64,000 nt of DNA from a virus: positions 32,001 to 96,000 of the IMG/VR virus record IMGVR_UViG_3300003890_000014; one strand, 5' to 3'. Shown here one piece after another: positions 8,809 through 17,800 of this stretch. A program made the translations under genes and the position numbers. Each line of letters starts with the position of its first letter. Within the stretch, counting starts at the first letter, position 1. A model generated the notes under the pieces. It was not told the DNA's origin. It saw only the letters and a list, made by a program, of their open reading frames with translations, and made no database searches.

Positions 8809-10233
8809 ATGATAGAACTTATCGTAAACAACAGCAGTTGTCAAATAAATAATGTTCCTGATCATTTTGATATAATTCTAACTAACACACTTAGGTACTC
8901 AAATCAGAGTGTGTCTTTTGGGTATTTTAAAAATGTAAGAGCCGTAAATAGATTGAAGGATTTGCTCGCAGACTCTCGTATGGGAATGGATAGAGATAGC
9001 GTAATGAAAACATTACGCAGATTAAGCTTTATGAATCAAGGACTTGAGAAAAAACTGTTCACCGTTCTATACAAAAATGGAACTTTTCCTACTGGATTGC
9101 TTCCTAGAGTATTAAAACTATTAAAAGATTACAAATTACAATTTGTAATAAAAGATCAAAGAGTAGAACCTAAACTTAACTCAGAGAAATATGTCTTAAA
9201 AGAGTCATTCCCTCCCTTGAGATACTACCAAAAAGATGCCGCTAAAAAACTATTAGAACAAAAACGAGGAATAATCGTAGCTCCTACAGGTACAGGTAAG
9301 AGTTTACTTATGGCTAAAATGATTTGGGATTTAGGACTTAAAACTTTAGTGATAACTCCTTCAAAAGAAATCACAAATAACATGATTGATACTTTAGTGA
9401 AATTTTTTGGTAAAGGAAAAATTTCAAAGTTAAATACTAAATCAGGTAAAGTTAATAAAATCAATGTGTGTAATATTCAAGCTTTAATAAAACTAAAGCC
9501 TTCTATTTTGCAAGAAATTGATGCTGTTTTTATTGATGAGTTTCATCATAGTGCTGCTGAGACATATATGATGGTAAATGCTGAACATTTAAAGCATTGC
9601 TATTATCGTATCGGTTTAACTGCCACTAATTTCAGAAATGATGGTTCTGATCTTGGACTCGAAGCTGTACTGAGTGAAATTATTTATGAATATCCTATTA
9701 CTCAAGCTATTAAAGATGGATTTTTAGTTAAACCTACTTTCGAGATTGTAGAAAATGAAAGCCCTGCTTTCGATAAATATCAAACTGAGTACAAAAAGAG
9801 TATTGTTGAAAACGAAAACCGTAATAGAATTATCACTGAAATAGTGTCATATCATCATAATGATCAAGTATTAGTATTAGTTCAACAAATAGAGCATGGT
9901 GAAACTTTAAAAAGTCTATTGCCACAAGCCTCTTTTATAAATGGTCAAGAAAAGGATTCAGATAGACAAAGAATGCTTGAAGATTTTAGAAAAGGAAAAA
10001 TCAAATGTTTAATCGGTACTTCAGTAATAGGAGAAGGCGTTGATTTACCAAATGCTAATGTTCTAGTTATGGCGGGTGGTGGGAAAGCTCGAAGCCAAAT
10101 CATGCAGAATATAGGCCGAGTACTTCGTCCAGGAAAAGCTGAAGCTACTATTTACGATTTTACTGACGTAGGATCAAACTTTCTATCAGAACACGCCTTA
10201 CTAAGACAAGAGATTTACCGTATTTATGATTAA
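8809..10233 (+). CDS. SF2 DNA helicase (UvsW/XPB-like)
   Basis: LRYYQ, APTGTGKS, DEFHH, GLTAT, GEGVDLP, QNIGRVLR; ATG 8809 lies just below the promoter. Confidence 0.92.
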   Translation: MIELIVNNSSCQINNVPDHFDIILTNTLRYSNQSVSFGYFKNVRAVNRLKDLLADSRMGMDRDSVMKTLRRLSFMNQGLEKKLFTVLYKNGTFPTGLLPRVLKLLKDYKLQFVIKDQRVEPKLNSEKYVLKESFPPLRYYQKDAAKKLLEQKRGIIVAPTGTGKSLLMAKMIWDLGLKTLVITPSKEITNNMIDTLVKFFGKGKISKLNTKSGKVNKINVCNIQALIKLKPSILQEIDAVFIDEFHHSAAETYMMVNAEHLKHCYYRIGLTATNFRNDGSDLGLEAVLSEIIYEYPITQAIKDGFLVKPTFEIVENESPAFDKYQTEYKKSIVENENRNRIITEIVSYHHNDQVLVLVQQIEHGETLKSLLPQASFINGQEKDSDRQRMLEDFRKGKIKCLIGTSVIGEGVDLPNANVLVMAGGGKARSQIMQNIGRVLRPGKAEATIYDFTDVGSNFLSEHALLRQEIYRIYD

Positions 10234-10477
10234 GTTAGATGTAACGTGCCTATATTGTGGAAACCATTGGCAAGAATCCGTTTGGAGTACATCAAATGTA
10301 AATATTTGGTGTAAAAATTGTAAAGAAACTAAAAATATTAAGATTAAAGAAGTCTATGAAAAACACGGTAATGATGTTTTTGGTTATCGTTTTAGTCCTG
10401 CTTTCCCAGAGAAAAAAGAAGAACCTATTAATATAGCTTTAGATATGCCTAGTTGGAAGTCGTGGAGTGTTGATTAG
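10226..10477 (+). CDS. Small Zn-ribbon protein
   Basis: CLYC...CKNC; overlaps the helicase stop. Confidence 0.6.
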   Translation: MIKLDVTCLYCGNHWQESVWSTSNVNIWCKNCKETKNIKIKEVYEKHGNDVFGYRFSPAFPEKKEEPINIALDMPSWKSWSVD

Positions 10478-11256
10478 TCTCCGTATTCGTCCCAAAGCCA
10501 TTTTATAGATGGTTGCTCTTTATTTTGAAAGTAAGCTTTAAGTACTCCTCCAATTCCACCTTCCCACTGAGCTTTGAGTTTTTTAGTCCAGAACTTAGCT
10601 ACCTTATTCATAAGCCAAGATCGACTATTTTCTGAGCCTTTAATCATAAACCAATTAAGAACTTTACCATCTTGAGAGTTCTTTGAGAATGCACTAACTA
10701 AAACTCCGATACACCAAGCTAATCTCCAACCAATATGAAGACTTTCTCCTGCGCAGACTTTAGCATGAGCTATTAGAGGAAGTTGTCTACCCATCCAAGC
10801 AGAGTCATTAAACCATCCAGGTCTATTATTGTTGTATACATACTTGTATCCTGTTAATTTACAAAACCACATAGCGGGTTTAGAATACCATTTTTTACGA
10901 TCATAGGTTTCATCGTAACCTATTATTTTAGTATCTCTACCTGTTGCTAGAAAAGCTCTAGCAAACTCTCCGCCAAGTTCTTTAGATAAAGCTAAAGCAG
11001 CGTAGGTGTCATCGGGACCTTCTTGCTCATCAGAGGTAGGGTGACGCCGCAGAAGGCCAGGTTGGACTTGGCAGAGTTGTAATATGTAATTAAAATGGGT
11101 TTTATCGTGAAGGTTAAGTTCTTGATGTCGTTTAAGAGCAAAGTAAAATTCAGTAGACCATCTAGGTCCATTTTGACTATAACCTTTAGAAGCTAAGTCG
11201 CAATGAACTATTCCATAATCATCAGTGAACGGTTTATAGTCGTCACGAATGCTCAT
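10474..11256 (-). CDS. Hypothetical protein, last gene of the virion operon
   Basis: 260 aa, TAAGGA RBS, Trp-rich, PGLLRRHP and GPDD motifs, one hydrophobic segment. Confidence 0.65.
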   Translation of the reverse strand: MSIRDDYKPFTDDYGIVHCDLASKGYSQNGPRWSTEFYFALKRHQELNLHDKTHFNYILQLCQVQPGLLRRHPTSDEQEGPDDTYAALALSKELGGEFARAFLATGRDTKIIGYDETYDRKKWYSKPAMWFCKLTGYKYVYNNNRPGWFNDSAWMGRQLPLIAHAKVCAGESLHIGWRLAWCIGVLVSAFSKNSQDGKVLNWFMIKGSENSRSWLMNKVAKFWTKKLKAQWEGGIGGVLKAYFQNKEQPSIKWLWDEYGD

Positions 11257-11266
11257 AGTTTAATCC

Positions 11267-14200
11267 TTATTTACTAAACCTAAAGTTGATACCTTGGATT
11301 GAAGACTGGTTTCTTGAACTACCTCGGTTCATAGAAATCTTCAATTGAAGCTCGCTACCAGCTTGAGCTAACGAATGCTGGAACTGAGTGATAATATCAT
11401 AACTATCAACTACAGCTGCCTGATTCGAATTACCGTCAATATGCATCGTCTCATAATATGAGTAGGTATTATTAGTAGCATCTACTTCGCCAGTAACTTT
11501 CTTCGCAGCAATCGCAATACCTAAGTTCTGCGGAGTAATCATAGCTGGTTGAGCTTTGAATCCGTCATAAACAAACGATGGCGCGACTCCTGGATTAAAC
11601 TTAGCCATTTTTACATAGCCGATCTTACCTTTGAAATAATCGCTAGATGCAGATCCACCAATTCGTCCAATACGTAATCCAGCATCTCCAGCGTTAGGGA
11701 AAGTAGCGTTTGGAGTTTGCTGAGTTACATAACTTGAAACCTCAGTAAACGCAGTATGAGGCGCTGCAGTAGTTCTGTACAACTTAATTGTATTAGCTAC
11801 GGCATTATAAACTACTCGTACTTTATGATACCCTTGTGGCTCAGCTTCGTTAGCCTCAACTATACGATTGGTGCCAGAGTTGTTCATGTAGAAAAAAAGA
11901 TGACCGTTGCCTTGCCGAATTTGGAAAGTCCAGCCTCTATCTACTGATTTATCGTAATTAGATACGATATTTGAGTAGTTAGTATAAGTAGGATCGTTAG
12001 GCTTAATCTCAGCTTCAATAATGAAACTTCTTGTATTATCAATACGATGATGAAGTGGACTGTTTGTTGAACCATTCCAACTTTCGCTAGAACCGTCTAA
12101 GTCTACAGCAAAACCTAACTGAAAGTCAGCATCGGTTACGTAGTCGGCAGAAGTCACGTTTTCGTTATTAGATGCGAAATGAATACCGGACATGTCTGCA
12201 CTACGCTCGTCAGCATTAAGAGCGCCAGTAGTGGTATTAATCCTAGCAGCAGACGTATCTCCGATAGCAATGTTAAGAACCAAGTTCGGATCGAAGTTAG
12301 TCTCGGCATAACCAGCGATCTTAGCAGCACTAATAGTGGCTTTCGCATTGGAATTTAAACTTACAACTCTTCGGAAGATATGTCCGCTAAGGTCATATCC
12401 CCTGACACTCGTACCACAAGCATTTCTTCTAAATAGAAGCTGAAGTTGGTTTGAATCAATAAATTCAATAGAAGGTTCAACGCAGTTGTTAGCCACACCA
12501 TTATGAGATACACCTTGAGCTTCACCGCCTAGACCTACATCAGTAATCCACTCACCATGTACTTCAAACATAGGATCTCTGTGTTGGCCTGATTCGTTCC
12601 AAGCTACCCAAGAAGAACCGTTATAGTAGTATAGAGTACCTCCGGTAGCTTGAGATCTCCAAACTAATCCTCCAGAAGTTGGCAATGAGCCGGACACAAA
12701 CTCAATTACTAGAGCAAACGTGCCTGTTAAGCTATCGAGTGCTGCGTCATCAAAGTTGAAGTATATCCATTGGCCGTTTCCATCTGTAGTGATCTTGCTA
12801 GCGTCGATCTGATTAACAGAAGTCGCTACTACGGTAGTAGGAAGACCTCCAGAAGTATTATAAAGCTTGCCTTGGAGCATAGTTCCAGAAGGATATAGAA
12901 ATGATTGATATACTAGAGCGCCAAACGACTTTAATCTATGAGTAGAAAAACCGCTTGTAACTCTGGCTACCCTAATAGCGGTAGTACTGAAAGATCCTTG
13001 TGGTCCTAAAGTTGTTGGGTTAGATTCGAGCGTAACGTACTTACTTAGCTGAACGCCTTTGTAGTCAGAAGCATCTTCTACTTCTAGCATATAGGATCTG
13101 AAATAAGCATCAGGAGAAGTAGCAGAGAACACAGCTAAAAGATGGTTATGATTAGCTGGGTCCATCTTCAAGAAGGTATTATATCCTTTCATGAAGTTGT
13201 CAGTGTTGGTATCGTTCATACAACCATATCTAGTATCCATCTGAATCGAACTTGCGTTCAATACTGTACGCTGAGTACCAGAAGCTGTTGAAGGAGAACC
13301 GGTAGCAGCGTTGACGATCTCATAGATCATAGAACCGCCGCTGTCTGCGTGGGTTATAAACCAAAGCTTATTAAGTGTCGAAGAATATCTAGTATCAAGA
13401 AGGTCGTGGTTAGTTAACGGAGCTAGGTCATAAACCAAGCTTCCGTAAGAACCTTCGTCCCATCCGTAAAATTTAAGTTGGCTAGTAGTAGACTTACGTC
13501 CACCAATCCAAGTTCTACGATTAGGTGCAGTACCTACGATATCGACTTTAGCAGAACCTCCTGCATTAAGTTCGAAATCAGCGGCAGGGGAGTTGCCTAA
13601 TGCCGTAGCTCCACCGTTACTATACCAAGCAACACCAGCAGAAGCAGCGCCTGAATATTGGCAAAGAACTGCAATAAAGCTTAGGTCAGTAAGATCAGCG
13701 CCTACAGTAGCAGTCAAAGCTGTACTGCCAGAGTTTGCAATAACTCCTGCACCGTTGTTTCCGTGCCATACGCCTTGGTTAGCAATAGCTGGAACATCGT
13801 TGAGTACTGGGGAACCTGCAGAGATATCTGCATATACTCCGTAAACAACAGCATTACCGCCAGCACCTTGTCTGGTGTAAGTAGAGAACATTTTGCCGTT
13901 ATCGGCAACTACGATCTGGCTTCGGTTTCTAAAACGATATACGTCAGCAGATTCAAATCCATAACCCAAGCTATCGCTCGTAGAACGGGTACCTAGAGAA
14001 GTCCAGGTCTTACCGCGATCTGCAGTATAGAACCATTCAACCGTGCGGTGAGTAGCAGTATTCTCCATCATACGGTAAATACCGTATTGCTTGTTTGGAG
14101 ACATAACTGCGTCTTTCTCAAGAATAGTAGGAGCAACATTTCCGACTTCTTTAGCGAAGTTTTCGCCAGCTAGACGAACAACATCTTCACAGAAAGCGTC

Positions 14201-14866
14201 TATGATTGCCATCTGCTCAAGAGAAGCAGCGGTTAGAGCCTTAGATTCAAATTGGTAATCGAAAGGAATTAAACGAAGCTCGGCATTGTAGTTAGAAGAA
14301 CTAACGTCCAAATCAAGATCAAGAGCGTTCGTATTAGTTAGAACTACTGAGGTTTCATCAGTCCCTGAGTTATAGGTACGAGAAGAAACTACAAGTTGAG
14401 CAATATTAGTATCGGTATCTGCCAAGAAGCGATGAACTGTTTGACCATCACTTGTGGTCTTACGGGCAATAAGAACCTTCTTAGTAGTAGGGAAAAACTC
14501 AGTTACGTCTCCGCTGAATACGAAAGTATTGGAAGCTACTGCAATATTCTTTGGAGCTAAAGCTTGGAGGGTCATTACAGCAACGCCAGTTGCTTTGCTA
14601 ACAGGAGCAGAAGCTAGACGATCACGAGTATAAGTACCAGCATCCTGTCCAGCATTAAAACGAAGAGCGTCAGCAGAAGCAGCTAGGTTTACTTTAGTTC
14701 CCTTACTGTCGTCATTAAAAGCATCAATGATTTGGTTAGGAACTTTGGTAATAAGAGCATTCAATTCTTCTTGACTAAGTTGCTGGAGGATATCAGCAGA
14801 ATCGGAGCCACCTCCGCTTCCTCCTGAAAAGTTCAAATCTGGGATCTTTACGCCTTTAATAGCCAT
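11267..14866 (-). CDS. Receptor-binding/tail fibre protein 2 (Asp-box propeller-like region plus LamG/ConA domain)
   Basis: Asp-box YTADRGKTW; LamG-like SFIIEAEIKP...FKGKIGYVKM; paralogous to the C-terminal part of 14878-19794. Confidence 0.75.
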   Translation of the reverse strand: MAIKGVKIPDLNFSGGSGGGSDSADILQQLSQEELNALITKVPNQIIDAFNDDSKGTKVNLAASADALRFNAGQDAGTYTRDRLASAPVSKATGVAVMTLQALAPKNIAVASNTFVFSGDVTEFFPTTKKVLIARKTTSDGQTVHRFLADTDTNIAQLVVSSRTYNSGTDETSVVLTNTNALDLDLDVSSSNYNAELRLIPFDYQFESKALTAASLEQMAIIDAFCEDVVRLAGENFAKEVGNVAPTILEKDAVMSPNKQYGIYRMMENTATHRTVEWFYTADRGKTWTSLGTRSTSDSLGYGFESADVYRFRNRSQIVVADNGKMFSTYTRQGAGGNAVVYGVYADISAGSPVLNDVPAIANQGVWHGNNGAGVIANSGSTALTATVGADLTDLSFIAVLCQYSGAASAGVAWYSNGGATALGNSPAADFELNAGGSAKVDIVGTAPNRRTWIGGRKSTTSQLKFYGWDEGSYGSLVYDLAPLTNHDLLDTRYSSTLNKLWFITHADSGGSMIYEIVNAATGSPSTASGTQRTVLNASSIQMDTRYGCMNDTNTDNFMKGYNTFLKMDPANHNHLLAVFSATSPDAYFRSYMLEVEDASDYKGVQLSKYVTLESNPTTLGPQGSFSTTAIRVARVTSGFSTHRLKSFGALVYQSFLYPSGTMLQGKLYNTSGGLPTTVVATSVNQIDASKITTDGNGQWIYFNFDDAALDSLTGTFALVIEFVSGSLPTSGGLVWRSQATGGTLYYYNGSSWVAWNESGQHRDPMFEVHGEWITDVGLGGEAQGVSHNGVANNCVEPSIEFIDSNQLQLLFRRNACGTSVRGYDLSGHIFRRVVSLNSNAKATISAAKIAGYAETNFDPNLVLNIAIGDTSAARINTTTGALNADERSADMSGIHFASNNENVTSADYVTDADFQLGFAVDLDGSSESWNGSTNSPLHHRIDNTRSFIIEAEIKPNDPTYTNYSNIVSNYDKSVDRGWTFQIRQGNGHLFFYMNNSGTNRIVEANEAEPQGYHKVRVVYNAVANTIKLYRTTAAPHTAFTEVSSYVTQQTPNATFPNAGDAGLRIGRIGGSASSDYFKGKIGYVKMAKFNPGVAPSFVYDGFKAQPAMITPQNLGIAIAAKKVTGEVDATNNTYSYYETMHIDGNSNQAAVVDSYDIITQFQHSLAQAGSELQLKISMNRGSSRNQSSIQGINFRFSK

Positions 14867-14877
14867 TTGTTATACTC

Positions 14878-17800
14878 CTACTTCGTAAACCTAAAGTTTA
14901 TACCTTGTATGCTTGACTGATTACGTTCTGAGCCTCTGCCAGCCGTTACCTTCAATTCTAACTCACGTCCTGGGTCTCCCGCAAGCTCGTGGTTAAACTG
15001 AGCTACGACATCATAGGAGTCTACCATAGAAGCTTCGGAAGCATCAGGATTCATAACTACGCCTTGATAAAAGGGAGTGTCATAAGATCCGTCACCATTC
15101 GATTGACCGATCACCTTATTTGCAGACATGATACTTCCATGGTTCACGCAGTTGATAAGAGGAGCCTGATTCTTCCATCCGGTATAAGCGAACGACGAAG
15201 CTCCGTTTGCAAATTTTGCGTATCCAATTTTTCCATTGAAATAAGCCGTCAGATCCCCGTTTGCTCCAATGGTAAGTGAAGTGGTTGCAGACGTTTGACC
15301 CGTGGTAAACGAGGTTTGTGACGAGTATGAGGGGACCTCTGTGAATGTCCCATCATAAGCCGTAGCCGTATAGATTTTTGGAGCCAACCCAGTTCCAAGA
15401 CCAACAACTCGAATGATTTTGTAAACGCCAGCCGTGATTACTCCTGTGGCACTTCTTGCTCCGCCTCTTAGCACCGAACCAGAGTCTATAATTTCGAATT
15501 CAACTGATCCATCGGTTCCGATTCTAAGTTTCCACCCATGAGCGCCAGTCCAATGGGCGATTGGGAACATGGTTGAAGCGAGTGCCGTTGGCTTAGTTTC
15601 GATCTCAATGCAAAATGGTTTGTAATAATAAAGATCAAACGCAGAATTGTCTGAGTATTGAATAGCTTCAGAAGACCCGTCAAAGTCACAAGCGAATCCA
15701 GATTGAAACGAAGAATCGGCAACAAAGTCCGCATCTACAATGTTTGGTGAAGCGGCCACGTTTAGCGCCAAGCCAGATCGATCCCAAAACTTCTGGTTAG
15801 CTATTACGGCACCATCAGCGGTAAAAGCTCTGCTATCATCGTTTCCGAGACTTACGTTGAACACAAGCCTTGGATCAAAGTCCCCATCTTGGAATCCAAC
15901 AACCGTGGCATCTCCCTTAGTAGAAATTGCACCCGAATTGATGGTGATTACTCTCCTAAAAGGATGTCCAGAGATCCCGTATCTAAGACTATTGACTGAA
16001 TCGTAGGTTTTTCTAAATAAAAAGTTAATTTGATTATTGCTGATTAATGCGATCGAACTCTCGCATACACCCTCTTGAAGATTTGAGTCAGTTCCAGAGC
16101 TTGTGTTTTGCTCTCTTCCCAATCCAAGGTCTGTAATCCACTCGCCACTAATCTCAAAAACAAAGTCTAATGTCGCGCTTGCGCTCCATGATGAGCCATC
16201 ATAAGAGGTTACGTTTCCGCCAGCATAACCACCAGTGTTTCCTTTGAAGGATATATAATTGGAGGCACTAATTGGGAAAGTTCCCTCAAGAACAATAGCG
16301 TAAACACCCGTCAAACTTTCAACATCTGAATCATCAAAGTTAAAAAAGCACCACTGGCCGCTTGTGGATTTGGTTATTCTTGATGGATCGTAGGTGTTCA
16401 CAGATGATGCCAAAACAGTACCATTTGGATTTCCACCAGTTGTGGCTTCAATTTTCACAGAAATTTCATACCCAGGTGGTATTACGCCGTTTTGGAAAAG
16501 TCTTAGTGCTACAGTCCTAACCCTTGTTGCTGAACCAGTAAATGTTTGTGCCTGTTTTGTGGCTCCAGAATTGTGTCTTAAATTATAATTATTATCGGTT
16601 GAATACTGAGAAATCTGAGTACCTACCATTGAGTCAGTATTTTTGACTTCAATGAATCCACTTCGTCTTGCACCGCTATCGGGATGCTGAATTTCATCTA
16701 CAAAGAAAACGTGCTTATTGTTCGATGGATCAATAATCACTCTTCTATTGATCGTCTTCTGCATGAAATCTCGTTGAGCAGTGGCACCGACGCCACCATC
16801 AACTGGGGTGAGCATTCCACTTGCCGAGTTCATCACCGTGAATCCAGAGACGAGTGCAGGAGATCCAGAGACTACGTTATTGAAATAACGCATATACCAA
16901 TCGCCAGATGTTGACCTGTAACTAACATACATGATTCCGGTGCCAGTCTCATCGAAGGCGATGCCTCCGTGGTTGGCGATGTTTCCGCCGCTATCTAATG
17001 CGAATGTTGTAAATGACGTTGATGCCTCTGCAAAATAAAGACCATTCAAATTGTTAGAAGCACTTGTATATACAAACCATGTCCTTCGAGAAGGAGATGT
17101 TCCAAGAACATGAACTGACGCTGGTTGATTTGAAATTGTTGATATCGCAGAGGTTGACCCGATGTGAACAGGCGTTGCCCCAGTCCAAGTCCAAACTCTA
17201 CCAAGATTTTGTGGACCACCAGAGTTAACGCTCCACATATGAACAAGACTTCCATCCACCTTGTCTCCACCAATAGTGAGTGCGTCATAATGTTGCCCAC
17301 CATCAAAGAACATTCTACCCGCTCCGCCACTAATGTCGGGGAAATCTGTAAGAACTGGAGAACTTGATAAATTGGCATAAACTGCCCAAACCTCTCTATT
17401 CGTTCCGTTACGGTTATACATTAAAGCCATCTTGCCATTGTTTGCTACAAATGCTTGAGTAGGATTTGAAAGTTCAAGATTAAGAAAAACACTCGAAGGA
17501 GGATAAGACCCTGCTGTAGTCTTATGTCCTAAGAAAGTCCAAGAGTTACCAGCATCGACAGTGTAATAGACAGATATTTGATCGTTGCCAGATTCAGACT
17601 GATAGCCCCACGCAACTCCATATTGTTTGTTTTCAGAAAATGCGGTCCAAAAACCTGGAAGACTTCCATCAACATCTCCTCCGGTAACAAGTTTTTGAGG
17701 TGATTCGCCTTGAAGTCTGATCACGTCTGAGAGAGAAGCATCTGAGATCTTCATCTGTTCTAAAGCTTCTGAAGATAGACTCTTAGCTTCGTATTTATAA

